Source of the DNA: Epithemia pelagica
Taxonomy: Eukaryota > Protista > Bacillariophyta
Reading direction: 5' to 3'
Assembly (NCBI GenBank): GCA_946965045.2
Contig: OX337229.1
Coordinates: forward strand, 4,464,001 to 4,528,000
DNA length: 64,000 nt
The notes below the pieces were generated by a model. That model had not been told where the DNA came from, searched no databases, and saw nothing but the letters and a program-made list of their open reading frames with translations. Each line of letters opens with the position of its first letter. The first letter of the stretch is position 1. The position numbers were made by a program, and so were the translations under genes. This document shows positions 44,437 through 56,339 of the stretch, piece after piece.

Positions 44437-46911
44437 ATGTCGTCGGTTGCCGCCAAACGAAGTAATGTGGGTCCACACTTTGATCATGAAGGACAAAAGG
44501 AAATTTTGATTCAATGGAAGAAGGAAGAGGAGGCGGTGTTACGAGAATGTTTGTTCATATTGCAAGGAATGGATGGAGATTGTCGATTGTCCTGGACCAA
44601 GAACCACTCGAACAATACTTCGGCATCCGGAATGGATCCACAATATTTGTTGGCTCAGGAACAAATTATTTCCCATTCCTTTGTCCTTTCCAAAGATACG
44701 ACGGTGGTCCTACCGCCCTCATGGTGTGGCCAATCCAGATTGGGAAGTGGTGCCAAGGATGCCTTGTCCTTGTGTGCCGAAGCGGGATGGTTGTATGGAC
44801 GAGTTCGAACGTACATTGATGCAGTGCAACAAAAAAAGAAGTCTTCCACTGTAATGTCCAGTGCTACAACATCTACTAGTACACCCACGGGGTCCATTGC
44901 CAGGGCCTTTGCGGTGGCACTGAATCAAGAACTGCAAGAGTATTTACAATTCCTGTACGAATTGGAACAAGAACTGGATCAATTGCATTTGCGGCAGATA
45001 CGGGTGCGTTTGCGAGAACCGATTCGACGATTGCAATCCCTTGCTCTGTTAACGGATAGCTCGCAACATTTATCAGGTGGTCCCTTGCTTGCGGCTCTTC
45101 AAAAACATGCCGTTCGCAGTGGCGACCCACGCCATGTGGCCATTGTTCATCGACTTTTGGCTGCCGCAAGTAAGCCGTGGTTCCAAATGCTTCATTTGTG
45201 GGTTACCCAAGGTATTTTGAGCGATCCAGCCGAAGAGTTTTTTGTTCGTCAAAGTAGGGGCAATCCCAATCATTCCCAAATCCTCGGCGTTGTTCCAGCC
45301 GAAGAATGGAAAGGGGGTAGTCCTTCCGGAAAGAGTACCAGTGGAGGAAAGTTGTTGTTTGAATGGAAAGATTGTTTTGATTTGGACATGACGAAATTAC
45401 CGGGTCCTGAATTGATGGGTTTGGACCTGGTGGAACCGGCCTTTCGTGTGGGCAAGGGTGTGAACTTTGTCCGACGCTGTCTCATGGATGGAGAATGGAC
45501 GTTTGGTAGTGAGTTTGTTGAACGATCCAAGAAAGCTTTTTGTTACAGCTCGGGGCAAGCCACCGAACTAAGTCGTTTTCGATCTACCTTGACGGAAGCC
45601 ATGAGAACTGTACATTCCCATATATTGGACTCACTCCACAAAGACCATCATCTGTTGTTGCATCTCCATGCGCTGAAACAATTCATGCTGCTGGGACACG
45701 GAGATTTTTATACCGTGTTGATGGACGGCTTGTCCTCCGAATTTGGTAACAAGGTTGGCGTTGCCGGAATCTACCGTCATACCTTGACGTCAGTCATTGA
45801 ATCAGCTTTGCGCAGTACCAATGCCAATTTCTTTCCGCCTCACATCCTAGAACGACTTGACATTGATTGGGATGTCGATAGTAATGACTGGCAGTACTAT
45901 GGATTTGATTCGGAAGATACGGCCTCTTCCTCGCAAAATTCAAACAAGGACAAGCGACGAATCTGGGATATTTTTGCTCTGGACTATACCGTGCCGGAAA
46001 CTCTGGTATCGGTCGTGGACGAAGATGCCAAAGCGGATTATCGCCGAGTCTTTCGCTCTTTGTTTGACCTTCGAACTGTGGAGCATCATTTGAATTCCAC
46101 TTGGCGTACCGGAGCAACGTTACAGCATACATTGCACGCAGTGGCACAGCAAAACGGTCTCACGGTCCGAACTAGTCAAGCCTACGCCAATACGATCGCT
46201 CTTCTGCGACAAATCGCCATGACACGTCAGGCTATGGTACATTTTATCGTTAACTTGAAAAGTTACATCATGTTTGGGGTCCTGGAAGGGGGTTGGAAAA
46301 GAGTGGTGCAGGATATTCAGGAAGCCGAAACGCTGGACGATGTCGTGGCTGCTCATAGTCGGTATATACGAAATATTTGCCGGAAGAGCTTTTTGGGAAA
46401 TGACCACACCAAGACGGTTGGTCCATTGGCTGGATATCCCAAACTGGGCAGTCATGTGAACGAGTTGCTGGAGTTGTGCAAAGAATTTTGTGTTTATCAG
46501 CAGAAAGTGTTTGGCGTGGCGTTGGAGTCAGCCGAAAATACCAAAGAAGAACGAAGGCAAGCAAATGAACGAGCAGCAGTCGGTGACTGGGGATTTGCCA
46601 CCGAAGACATTCTTGCGGAAGAAAACAGCTTTTTCGGTCTGGCAGATTCCATCAAGAAAAACGACCTGTCAGTGTTGGCAAATGCTTTTCACCAAAAGAT
46701 CATGGCCATGCTCTCCTCCGCAGATGAAATTCTCAATGGGGTATACATGTCAAGAAATCCCGGGCCTGCTTCTCCTGGCCCCGCCACCCCAGATAACCGA
46801 GACAAGTCCCATGGTTTTGGAAGAGCAGATGATGCACTGGATTCACTACGATTCTTTATATTTCAGTTGGACCAAAACAACTATTATGAATTCAATCATG
46901 AGGCCACTTAA
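44437..46911 (+). CDS. TUBGCP3: Gamma-tubulin complex component, GCP3/Spc98-like
   Basis: GRIP-domain patterns AEAGWLY, WVTQGILSDPAEEFFV, GKGVNFVR, FMLLGHGDF, WDIFALDY and YIMFGVLE. Confidence 0.85.
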   Translation: MSSVAAKRSNVGPHFDHEGQKEILIQWKKEEEAVLRECLFILQGMDGDCRLSWTKNHSNNTSASGMDPQYLLAQEQIISHSFVLSKDTTVVLPPSWCGQSRLGSGAKDALSLCAEAGWLYGRVRTYIDAVQQKKKSSTVMSSATTSTSTPTGSIARAFAVALNQELQEYLQFLYELEQELDQLHLRQIRVRLREPIRRLQSLALLTDSSQHLSGGPLLAALQKHAVRSGDPRHVAIVHRLLAAASKPWFQMLHLWVTQGILSDPAEEFFVRQSRGNPNHSQILGVVPAEEWKGGSPSGKSTSGGKLLFEWKDCFDLDMTKLPGPELMGLDLVEPAFRVGKGVNFVRRCLMDGEWTFGSEFVERSKKAFCYSSGQATELSRFRSTLTEAMRTVHSHILDSLHKDHHLLLHLHALKQFMLLGHGDFYTVLMDGLSSEFGNKVGVAGIYRHTLTSVIESALRSTNANFFPPHILERLDIDWDVDSNDWQYYGFDSEDTASSSQNSNKDKRRIWDIFALDYTVPETLVSVVDEDAKADYRRVFRSLFDLRTVEHHLNSTWRTGATLQHTLHAVAQQNGLTVRTSQAYANTIALLRQIAMTRQAMVHFIVNLKSYIMFGVLEGGWKRVVQDIQEAETLDDVVAAHSRYIRNICRKSFLGNDHTKTVGPLAGYPKLGSHVNELLELCKEFCVYQQKVFGVALESAENTKEERRQANERAAVGDWGFATEDILAEENSFFGLADSIKKNDLSVLANAFHQKIMAMLSSADEILNGVYMSRNPGPASPGPATPDNRDKSHGFGRADDALDSLRFFIFQLDQNNYYEFNHEAT

Positions 46912-46970
46912 ACCCAAATACTTACTGAGGCAGACCACTTAACCTAAACACTTAATGAGGCACAAAAACG

Positions 46971-49421
46971 CTAAACCGAGACTTCTTGTGTTGCAGTCAG
47001 TACCTGCCCATCGTGACTGTCATATGCATCATCTTCGTCTTCTGTTTCATCCATTTCAGCGTTCTTTCTAGATCTCTTGAATGGCGACGAATCCTGGTTT
47101 TCGCCTGGGACATCTCGATTATAATACGAAAGCATGATTTTGGCGGCCTCGGCATCATCAATTCCCAGTGCTTTTACCTCTTCGTCCAATCTCCGTTTGA
47201 GGCTTTTCAAGTCTGTTCGCATCTCCGAAACAAGCGATTCAACTCGAGCGGCACGTTCCTGAGATGCGGTGTAAGTCCTCTGATTAAGAAGCCGAATGCG
47301 ACGTTGACGATTAACTTCGTTCTTCACTTGCCGCAACTTTGCTTTCATAACGATGCAGTTTTGATGACGTTCTTCGTATTCGCGGACCAATGGCGGCACC
47401 CCTACGTTGTCTGGGCGTCCAAGAACGGACACCCCACCGAAGAAAACTTTAGTGTATTCTTTGTCCAATTCATCCATGCTTTTCTCCGTGACGAAGGGTC
47501 CTCGGCCAATTTTCGTGGGAATCAAATTTGATCCAAACGGGAGAAGCCTGGTTCGTTTGTTCGCCTCAGACTCTCCAGGTTCTGTAGGAGCAGTGCCGTC
47601 CGGATGCATCCCCCTGTCAGATGCCTCACAGTCGGCTGGCGTCGAGGTACTTTGTTCTGCCATTGCTTCCATATCCAACGATTCTCCAAAAAGGGGCGCC
47701 GAGTCCATCATCCCACGCCACCGCTGGGCTAGGCGAGCATCCGAGAATGACGCAGGATTCTCCAGTGGCTCCACGGCCGAGGGTGGGAAAAACCCAACAC
47801 CGAAAGACAGTTGCACGGCTACTCGTGGAGGAAGAAGCTCGCAGTCGTTTGTTGACCCCACGTCTTTTGACTTTGGCTCATCAGACGATTGCAACTCTGG
47901 TTGATCAACATCCATAATATCTGCATCGTCAGCATTTTTCTTTGCTTTCTGGCGTCGAGTCGCATTCTGACTCGATCCAAGTTTGCTGCAAGGCAGAATT
48001 TCCACAACCTTGCCTTCCCCGTAAGGAGTGGACACCTTGTCCCCAATCACTGTCCACCCTTGACAGATCTTACGTGGTTGTAGTTGCAGGCTCTTATCCC
48101 ACAACTGGAAGCTCTTTGGACCAATGCCACCAACACCCCTAGCTTTGTTCATTACAGAGGGTGTCGATGAATTCGTGGCAGCCGAGGAGATGCCCTTTTC
48201 CTGCAGTTCCGTGCCCCGTGCTCGAAGTACAGCCAGGACATCACGCATGACATAGCTGCTCTTCCCAGCCCCACGGCTGCGAGTTCGGGAGGTGAGCAAA
48301 TCCGCTGCACTAACGCATTCTTGTTGTACACGAGCAGTTTCATCGGAGAGCTGCACAAACTCTTCATCCATACACTCTAGATGACTGAGGAAATGCCTTC
48401 GGAGATGGTTGTCGATCATTTCAATCCGGTCCTTCTCCTCCATTGCCTTCTTTAGCTCTTCTCGAGTCTTCTGCACTGTTTTCCTGTAAGTTGTGAGATC
48501 AACCTCGATATCAGCGGGGCGGCGTTCCCACCGTAGCATTCTATGCTTCTTTTTGGGTCCCACAGATTCTGGAGGACGAGGGGGGTTAAAAGCTGTGACA
48601 GATTCTACGGCTGTGGGTGGTGTAGTCTTCGCAACGTCACCGTTCAAAGCACTAGCAGAAGGAGCCACAAATACCGAAGACGGAAGCTCGTACTCAAATC
48701 CAGCCACCTCCATGGATCGTGTTCCATGGCGAAGAAGTTCCGATGCCTTATCTTCATCAGAAGGAGCAACAACATCATCCATGTCCATTTCGTCCTCTCG
48801 AGCACGACGAACCTTTCTCGCTAAAGTAGAGGCTACCGACGCACTTGGTGTCATGCAACGTGCTAACGCAAGATCGCCTTTGATCTCTTGTTTCCGTAAC
48901 GCATTCATCCCATCGACATTGGGCAAGTACCTGGTTCGAGTTCGACGTTCTTCTTCAGTTAGCGAGTCAGAGAGGAACGACGGTCCGGCAGTCGGTGTAG
49001 GCTCTTTTTCACGAGGAAGACTTATTTCGGCTTCACGATGACTACTTTCAGCCAGGATATCAAGAGCCGTTTCTCCTGACCGTCCTCTGGTGCTGTAAGT
49101 GGCTTCGGCGGCATGTTTGGCCATGATATCATCCTCGGATGGTTCTGCCACAGCCGCCTTCTCCACGGTTTCTTCAGCTGTCGGTTCCGATGGGCCTTTT
49201 TCTTCGGAAGTGCCACCTTCCCCTCCATTTGGATCTTCTTCTTCCATAGCTTCTTCTTCCTCCTCCTCTTCATATTCAGTTGCTTCATTGTCCTCTTCTG
49301 GGCCTTCCGCTTCGCCATCTTCAGGGACAGTATTCTCCAGTGCAGCAGTCGCTTCTGCGATGCCAATCGTCTCCTTCTGAGCTTCTTCCGCTAGCTTCGC
49401 TGCTTCCAGTGCTTCGTCCAT
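46971..49421 (-). CDS. Hypothetical nuclear protein: acidic N-terminus, coiled coils, possible KOW/Tudor-like GDKVSTPYGEGKV segment
   Basis: 816-aa uninterrupted ORF with an ATG start. No firm family assignment. Confidence 0.75.
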   Translation of the reverse strand: MDEALEAAKLAEEAQKETIGIAEATAALENTVPEDGEAEGPEEDNEATEYEEEEEEEAMEEEDPNGGEGGTSEEKGPSEPTAEETVEKAAVAEPSEDDIMAKHAAEATYSTRGRSGETALDILAESSHREAEISLPREKEPTPTAGPSFLSDSLTEEERRTRTRYLPNVDGMNALRKQEIKGDLALARCMTPSASVASTLARKVRRAREDEMDMDDVVAPSDEDKASELLRHGTRSMEVAGFEYELPSSVFVAPSASALNGDVAKTTPPTAVESVTAFNPPRPPESVGPKKKHRMLRWERRPADIEVDLTTYRKTVQKTREELKKAMEEKDRIEMIDNHLRRHFLSHLECMDEEFVQLSDETARVQQECVSAADLLTSRTRSRGAGKSSYVMRDVLAVLRARGTELQEKGISSAATNSSTPSVMNKARGVGGIGPKSFQLWDKSLQLQPRKICQGWTVIGDKVSTPYGEGKVVEILPCSKLGSSQNATRRQKAKKNADDADIMDVDQPELQSSDEPKSKDVGSTNDCELLPPRVAVQLSFGVGFFPPSAVEPLENPASFSDARLAQRWRGMMDSAPLFGESLDMEAMAEQSTSTPADCEASDRGMHPDGTAPTEPGESEANKRTRLLPFGSNLIPTKIGRGPFVTEKSMDELDKEYTKVFFGGVSVLGRPDNVGVPPLVREYEERHQNCIVMKAKLRQVKNEVNRQRRIRLLNQRTYTASQERAARVESLVSEMRTDLKSLKRRLDEEVKALGIDDAEAAKIMLSYYNRDVPGENQDSSPFKRSRKNAEMDETEDEDDAYDSHDGQVLTATQEVSV

Positions 49422-50036
49422 GACTCAAAGTAGAAGTAACTTTACTCAACTGACTATTGATCAAAGACCTGTTTCCTGTAAAAAGTGCGAGAAACACCTG
49501 TTGTAAGATGATGTCAATCAAGAATCCAATTCAGCCTCCCCCTCGGTGTCGCTTTTATGGAAACTCGCCCGAAACCCAATAAAACAACCAAGCAGTTCAA
49601 TAAACCCAGAACAGCCACCATGAAATCGGTAGGACAACGCAAATATGGTGAGATCGAGTCTCATGGTCTATCTCACCTGCTCACCAAGGACCGAACGCAA
49701 CTTTGCGCCAACAAATAAACTTGAGAGAGACTTCATCTCAACCAAAACACATATGCCCCGTCGAAGAATTCATCCTTTTAACTTTCAAATTCGAACTGGC
49801 CTTTCAAGCGACTAAAAAACGATTGAATGTTTTAAGGCGACCACGGACCCCCCCAAAACTCACACGCGCATCTCCAATCAAATTTGGTACGTCAGCAGGA
49901 GTCCTGCCACCACTGATTCAGCATCTCTTCGGGAAAATCGACGTGAGTACTTGGTACTCGGCTTCCGTACGATAACTTTGGCAAAGATACCTTCTCGTTC
50001 GTTCGTCCCAAATCAGCATCACTCTCCCGATATAGT

Positions 50037-50762
50037 ATGCCGTGCGAGATGATAACATCACCTGGAATCATTGTTGACCAAATCGCCTCTGAAAATGAAG
50101 GCATAGAGGGAGGCAAACGAATCATGGGGTCCCTCTATCATCGCATTGCTTCCGAAAGATTCACATCAACTACGTCTGGCCACAGTCCTGTAGTAGGCGA
50201 TATATGCAACGGTTTGTCATCTCCCGCTGATGCCAATAAAAAATCAGTGCCATCAGCTCCCAACGACATCACCACGAAACGGTCAGGACGATGGACACTT
50301 GATGAAAAGATCCTCTTTCTTTATGGTCTTAGAAGATTCGGCAAAGGGAGATGGAAGAAGATTAGCATATACTTGCCCGATAGGTACGTCATTTGATCGT
50401 GGACATCGCTAAATGACTGTTCGGTTGGCCTGACGCAGGTCTTTCGCCCTCCTTTTAGATCCCTTGTACAAATAAAAAGCCATGCACAGAAAGTCCTGAA
50501 ACGAATGGAGTCGGGAGAAAATGTCTTTCGTCGTCTGCACGAGAACGTGAGTCGCACCGATGCTCTGGTGCAAGCAATACATCGCAAATACGGGCTCGAT
50601 TCTCCTGATTGGTGGACTTCAAAGCGAAAAGTTCAGGATGCTGCCGATGTTGCGGAACAATTCGATGCTGCATCTGCCCTCTGTCAACTATCTTCCCATA
50701 CATTACCCGAGACAAGCACGAATCCAAGTTCAAGTCCAGGTGCAACACCATCTTCCCCATGA
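50037..50762 (+). CDS. SHAQK-class single-repeat MYB transcription factor (2 exons: ~50037-50383, 50459-50762)
   Basis: Splicing gives GRWTLDEKILFLYGLRRFGKGRWKKISIYLPDR/SLVQIKSHAQK. The start is uncertain. Confidence 0.9.
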
Positions 50763-50930
50763 CACAATGACGCATTTGAGCTGTACATAGTCCCGTCTCG
50801 GTAGGAAGAACTGTTTTTGATCCTCCCACGTTTGGGTTTGACTGCTATTGGATTGGCTTCGTAAGCGGACAGGCGGTCAAGAGCTGCTGTTCGCATGTAT
50901 TTAATACGTTTAAGACAACCAAGTATATCT

Positions 50931-53404
50931 TTAAACTCGCCTTCCGGCCAGATAGTAGGCTTGACACACTTCGATCTCTACATCAATGAGACTTCCTCGC
51001 AGTTCTTCGATATTGCCTTCACAATAGACAATGTAACCTTGACGTGTGCGACCCATCACCTGTGTAGGAACTTTTACATTCCGTTCTTCCACCAACACTT
51101 CAACTGTTTCGCCAAGAAGACGAGCCCGCCTTTGTGCAGCATGCTTCTTGTTCAATGCAATGATCCGCTGAAGCCTTTCTTGTTTTACCTCATGTGGTAT
51201 TTGGTTCTCCATTAACGCCGCTGGTGTGTTGGGGCGAGGGGAATAAGCAGCAGTGTTGACCGAATCGAAGACCACCTCCTCCATGAGGGACAATGTTTCC
51301 TCAAACTGCTCCTCAGTTTCACCTGGGAAACCGACAATAGCGTCTGCTGTTATGGATGCCTCCGGTATTCTCTGTCAAGGCGGTACTATGAGAATGGAAA
51401 GTTGACGCGGTATGCTCATCATGACAATAATGGACGTACCGTTCTTATTCTGTTGACAATGTGCAAATACTTTTCTCTTGTATGACCACGACCCTAAAAA
51501 CGAGAGGGAATATGAGATATTCCTGGAACATGAATCATCTCACGGATTTCTTAAAGACGACGCACCATGACAGCCAAGATCTCATTGGATCCACTTTGGA
51601 AGGGGATGTGAAAGGATTCGCAAGCGGTTGGTGTGTCCGCCACCGCATCGACAACTCCGAGGGACATGTATCGAGGATGGCTGGTCACAAAACGCAACCG
51701 TTGCAAGCCTAAAATGATGAGATAAGAATTCTTCGTGAGACGAATGACACAAACATGTCATCAATTGGATACAAAATGAACCCTGCTTACCTGGAATATT
51801 TCCCACTATCGAAATAAGGTCAGAGAACTTTTGTTTGGGTATCATATCACGTCCGTACGCATCAATGTTCTGCCCCAGCAAAGTGACTTCTTTGTATCCT
51901 TTTGCAACCAAGTCTTTGACTTCCTCTACAATGCTTTTGATCGGTCTTGATTGTTCCACGCCTCTTGTCGTGGGAACGATACAAAAGGTACAACGTTCGT
52001 TGCAACCATAAATCACGTTGCACCATGCCACCTACCAATATCATGTCTGTTAGGCACATTCCAAAGGGTAGGACGAGAACCGGAAAGTGAGGTACTTACC
52101 ACCGAAGACTGGCGCCGAGGCTTGGTAGAGTCCTCCATAATATGTGTTGCTTCTGTTGCAACCACTTGATTGCCATTGAATACGTCTTCCAACAAATCAC
52201 CAATGCGGTTGGCGTATTGGGGACCCTGATGACCAGCAGCATATAACCATACGCAACACACGAGTGAGAAACGTCTTCTAGTAGAAGCGGGCACTTACGG
52301 GGCCACAGTACTTACCATGACCAGGTCGACTTCCGGGGCTCTCTGAAGAAGTCGGTTTCCTTCTTGTTGAGCAACACATCCAGCAACAATAATGGCAACG
52401 TTTTCCCCATTCCGTTTCCGCTTGGCATAGGGACCAATATAGGAGTATACCTTTTGCTCGGCATGGTCACGAATGCTACACGTGTTGAGAACCACCACGT
52501 CGGGTTGTTTATTGGCAGGGCCGTTGGATGTGTCGGCCTCGGACTCATTGTGCGGTCGTATTCCCAGCGACTGCAATTGACCCTCAATACGTTCCGAATC
52601 CGCCAAATTCATTTGACAACCCATTGTCTCGATCTTATACGTCAAACCTGATTCGTTTGGATCTTGTTGTTGTTGTTGTGTGGAAAACAATCCTTCCATC
52701 AGACCCACTTCCGTCGAGTTGTTCAAGGTTTTTCGTGAGCGACTTTTGCGAGTCGCCATTTTACGAACATCGGCCATGACATCCACAATCTGGACCAAAT
52801 GAAAGCCTCTTTCCGATTGTACGGAAATGACGTCACCAGGTTTGGTAGTGATTTGAATGACAGTCCTTCTGGCTCTACTGGGTAGAATAAGATCCAAGTG
52901 ATTGTCCACTGTCGTATCACCAGCATCTTTATCATTGTCATGTACTAAGCGCTCCGCGGCAGACACCCATCCGATTTCACCTCCCTCATCTCTGGTTTCC
53001 GGACAGGCACTAAGTTGCTGCGCCAGTTCTTCAAACAAAATATCACCGGCACGAAGTCGATGCAAGGATGCTTGTGCCAATTCTTCGGTGGCAAACAAAA
53101 TATGTTTCAATCTCACAGCGGTAAGATGGGCCCGACCAGCTCCCGTGGCAATGATTTTTCGGCTGTCCGTTGTGGTCCCTCGTTGTGTGGGATACTTGGC
53201 GTCACTGCGCGGCTCCAGATCCACTCGCGACGCTGGCAACGCCGTGGAGGTGGAGGACGATGAGACTGACGCCACTGACGAGTCGAACTTGAAACAACCT
53301 GGGAGCTGGCATCTCTTGAGGCGATCCCATACGGTTGGTGTGAAAGCGTTTGTTTCAAACGGAAGCAATAGCAGGATCCAAGCTGCGTTGATGGTCGTCC
53401 TCAT
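50931..53404 (-). CDS. miaB: Plastid-type MiaB tRNA methylthiotransferase with an N-terminal PPIC/parvulin domain (6 exons)
   Basis: UPF0004 domain (TMGCQMN, NTCSIR, AGCVAQ), radical SAM motif [16 protein letters not shown] and a C-terminal TRAM domain. Introns include 52315-52226, 52099-52032 and 51790-51709, plus two more near 51560-51495 and 51440-51372. The presequence ends ...ETNAFTP. Confidence 0.92.
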
Positions 53405-53644
53405 CTTCGACTTTTTCTATCTTTGAGTTTTGATTTTTGATGGCCTGCGTTCGGCGGCGAGTGATGGATGGCAATATGATGCGCGACTCATAGCCCTTCC
53501 GCGCGACCGAAAGCGGACGAAGGAGAGACACCACTGACGACGTTGAAGTGGGACTGGTGGCGTGATTTTTTCCTCCTTGTCGGATCTCTGCTTCGACGAC
53601 GCATCCACCTTCGTCGAAATCCAAGATAGTGTTGTGAAACCACC

Positions 53645-54436
53645 ATGTTGAAGAATCGTATCCTTGTAGTCATTGCGGCCGTCATCGGCTCCTCATCGGC
53701 ATTCGTCCCTGCCGTTGTTCCTCGAGGAAATCCGTCGAATGTGGTCCTGTCCAGTACTGTTGACGACAAGGCGGAAGTGAAGGAATATTTCAACACGGAA
53801 GGGTTCAACCGATGGAACAAGATCTATTCCGATTCCGACGAGGTCAACTCGGTCCAAATGGACATTCGAACGGGACATGACCAAACAATCCAGAAGATTC
53901 TCAACTGGGTCAAGGCGGACGAAACAAGTATTGATGGAAAGACATTTTGCGACTGTGGCTGTGGTGTCGGCAGTTTGGCCATTCCCTTGGCCCAAATGGG
54001 CGCCAAGGTGTCGGCTTCGGATATTTCCAATGCCATGGCCACGGAAGCGGCTCGCCGTGCCGAGGAATTGGGGATTTCTACGGCTGAATTTTACACGTCC
54101 GATTTGGAGTCCGTTTCGGGTCAATACAATACGGTCACTTGTGTCGACGTGGCCATTCATTACCCCGAAGAAAAAATGGCTGAAATGATTCAACATTTGT
54201 GCAGTCTCTCGGAAGATCGTGTCATGTTCAGTTTTGCACCCAAGACATGGTACTACGTGTTCTTGAAGAAAGTGGGAGAGCTCTTCCCTGGACCTTCCAA
54301 GACAACACGTGCCTATCTTCACGAAGAAGAAACCGTTCGCAAAGCCTTGGAAGAGGCGGGGTTCAAGGTGACACGAGAAGAGATGACGGCCACCAACTTT
54401 TACTTTTCTCGACTCTTGGAAGCCAGAAAGGCTTGA
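53645..54436 (+). CDS. chlM: Mg-protoporphyrin IX O-methyltransferase, plastid-targeted
   Basis: Motifs YFNTEGFNRW, DCGCGVGSL and DVAIHYP. Signal peptide with an SSAFVP cleavage motif. Confidence 0.96.
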   Translation: MLKNRILVVIAAVIGSSSAFVPAVVPRGNPSNVVLSSTVDDKAEVKEYFNTEGFNRWNKIYSDSDEVNSVQMDIRTGHDQTIQKILNWVKADETSIDGKTFCDCGCGVGSLAIPLAQMGAKVSASDISNAMATEAARRAEELGISTAEFYTSDLESVSGQYNTVTCVDVAIHYPEEKMAEMIQHLCSLSEDRVMFSFAPKTWYYVFLKKVGELFPGPSKTTRAYLHEEETVRKALEEAGFKVTREEMTATNFYFSRLLEARKA

Positions 54437-54720
54437 GGTCGTCTAACTCGAGAGTATTGTCACAACTACGAATAAGAGACTTCATTTTTCTTTGGGGCCA
54501 AGGTTTCATTGAGTGTCCTGTATTATTCATCTGATTCTCCTCACACCACAATAAGATCTAATAGAGACATATTCGAAAGGTACCACTGGTTTTCTATGAG
54601 AGCGAAGAATAGTTAAGAACGCCTATCCTAGAACAACTTATGCATGTATACTACGAAGCGATTCTTGGTTGTGACTCTCGAGTAAACGTGACAAAAATCA
54701 TACAACAAGTTCAGTGTTTC

Positions 54721-55713
54721 TCACGTTTTGCTTGGACGCAAGGTGACAAAGATAGAAGCTGCCATGGAAACAAGTGCTCCCGAGGCACACAACCAGAGTT
54801 GTGCTCGTTCCGCCAAGAGCGAGGGATTCTTACCCACATCTTTTTCTGCCGATTCGTCGTCGGGAGAACGAATGCGCTTGTTCATACCAGTCGCACAGGC
54901 CGCCAATGCCCAAGCAATTGTTCCACCAAACACCGGTGCCTCCCGTACCACGGTGACGGCAACACCCAAACCAGTCGCTAGAACCGCCGACAGATGGCCG
55001 AGACCTGTAACGGTTGTTTTGGTCGTTGAGGGTTGAACCGATGTGGCTCCGTTCCAATTGACCAGGGATGCCGCCGTTGTCCAACCGAAATGGAGTGTCA
55101 AGGGTAAAAAGTAAAGGGCATATTCGACTCCAGTGAGTTGGGATGTGCTCGACGAAAAATGAGCATGGGCCCTTGACAGGGAATACGCAATTCCAGATAA
55201 CATGGAAGCCGAAATAAAGGCCGACTTTCCAGTGTATTTGGGACGAAAAGATGCCGTCCATAGGGTTTGGAATACATGAGCCATGATAAAATGAGCCGAA
55301 ACTTTTTTAAACAAAGGTGTGACAGGAGACGATTCCTTTACCATCGCAGTCGAAGATGAAACAAAGACAAACTCGCCCAAGAAGATGGGTCCCCATATGA
55401 TGAACGCCCATCCGGAAGGGGTTAATATCGACCTTCCAGACAAGTAACTTTGGATGCTAGGCCGGTTCTCATCGTCTTTTATCTCATCCTTCTCATTTTT
55501 TTCTAGTTTGGACACTTCTTCGACTCCATCGATACGTCCGGGTCGTCCCACCGCAAACACACTCAATCCATACGCGCTCCAATTAAGGAGTTTCACGAAT
55601 TGGAGACTACAATTCGCAGTCAACCATCCCTCCAAAACTTGGGAGACGCCAAATGCTACAAGGCCTCCGACGGAAACGAATGCCGGGTGATTGAGATCTT
55701 TCAGGTTCTTCAT
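54721..55713 (-). CDS. TspO/MBR-related (tryptophan-rich sensory protein-like) membrane protein
   Basis: Motifs TPSGWAFIIWGPIF, LHFGWTTAASLVN and FGGTIAWAL, with multiple TM helices. Confidence 0.7.
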   Translation of the reverse strand: MKNLKDLNHPAFVSVGGLVAFGVSQVLEGWLTANCSLQFVKLLNWSAYGLSVFAVGRPGRIDGVEEVSKLEKNEKDEIKDDENRPSIQSYLSGRSILTPSGWAFIIWGPIFLGEFVFVSSSTAMVKESSPVTPLFKKVSAHFIMAHVFQTLWTASFRPKYTGKSAFISASMLSGIAYSLSRAHAHFSSSTSQLTGVEYALYFLPLTLHFGWTTAASLVNWNGATSVQPSTTKTTVTGLGHLSAVLATGLGVAVTVVREAPVFGGTIAWALAACATGMNKRIRSPDDESAEKDVGKNPSLLAERAQLWLCASGALVSMAASIFVTLRPSKT

Positions 55714-56339
55714 GGTCGTGTCTCTGGGACTCAAAAAATGTGTGTTCCGAACCGGGAGAGGGAGAGCGATCCGGCGGGGGCTATTGTCGAATCGGAACTT
55801 CCCAGCGCTTCATCGTAACTAGAAAATTGTTGAACCGACACGAAAGACGGTTCGATGGACCACGATTCAGGAGTAGTAGGAGTTGTCGAAGTGACACTCT
55901 ATGTTTTTCTGTAGAAGCGAGATAGACTGTAAGTCAATGTGTAGGGGCAGACCTCGCAAGAATCAAATTAAGGTGAATTACTGTTGATTGTTTATTGGTT
56001 GTTGTGATCCGAAGTCCGAAGCGTGTATTGCTGGAAGCGCAGCGAGCGATCCATCCCGGACAAGAAACTGTACGCCACGGCGGCAGAGAGAATAAGGCGA
56101 GTACGAGCGGTACATAGAGCGGCGATAATCCGTAGAGACAGCGCCGTGTTTGGGTTGGTGAGACAAGGCACATCTTTTTTGTGGAACCAGCCAAAGGAGT
56201 TGGTCGTGTTGTCGGACACAATACAAACAGCCGAAACGCATTCTCTCCTCTCTCTCTCTTTCTCGTTGTTCTCTTACATGTTTGAGGCTCATTGCGGTTG
56301 TGACAGATTCTCCGGACATACCACTAATATACCACCATC

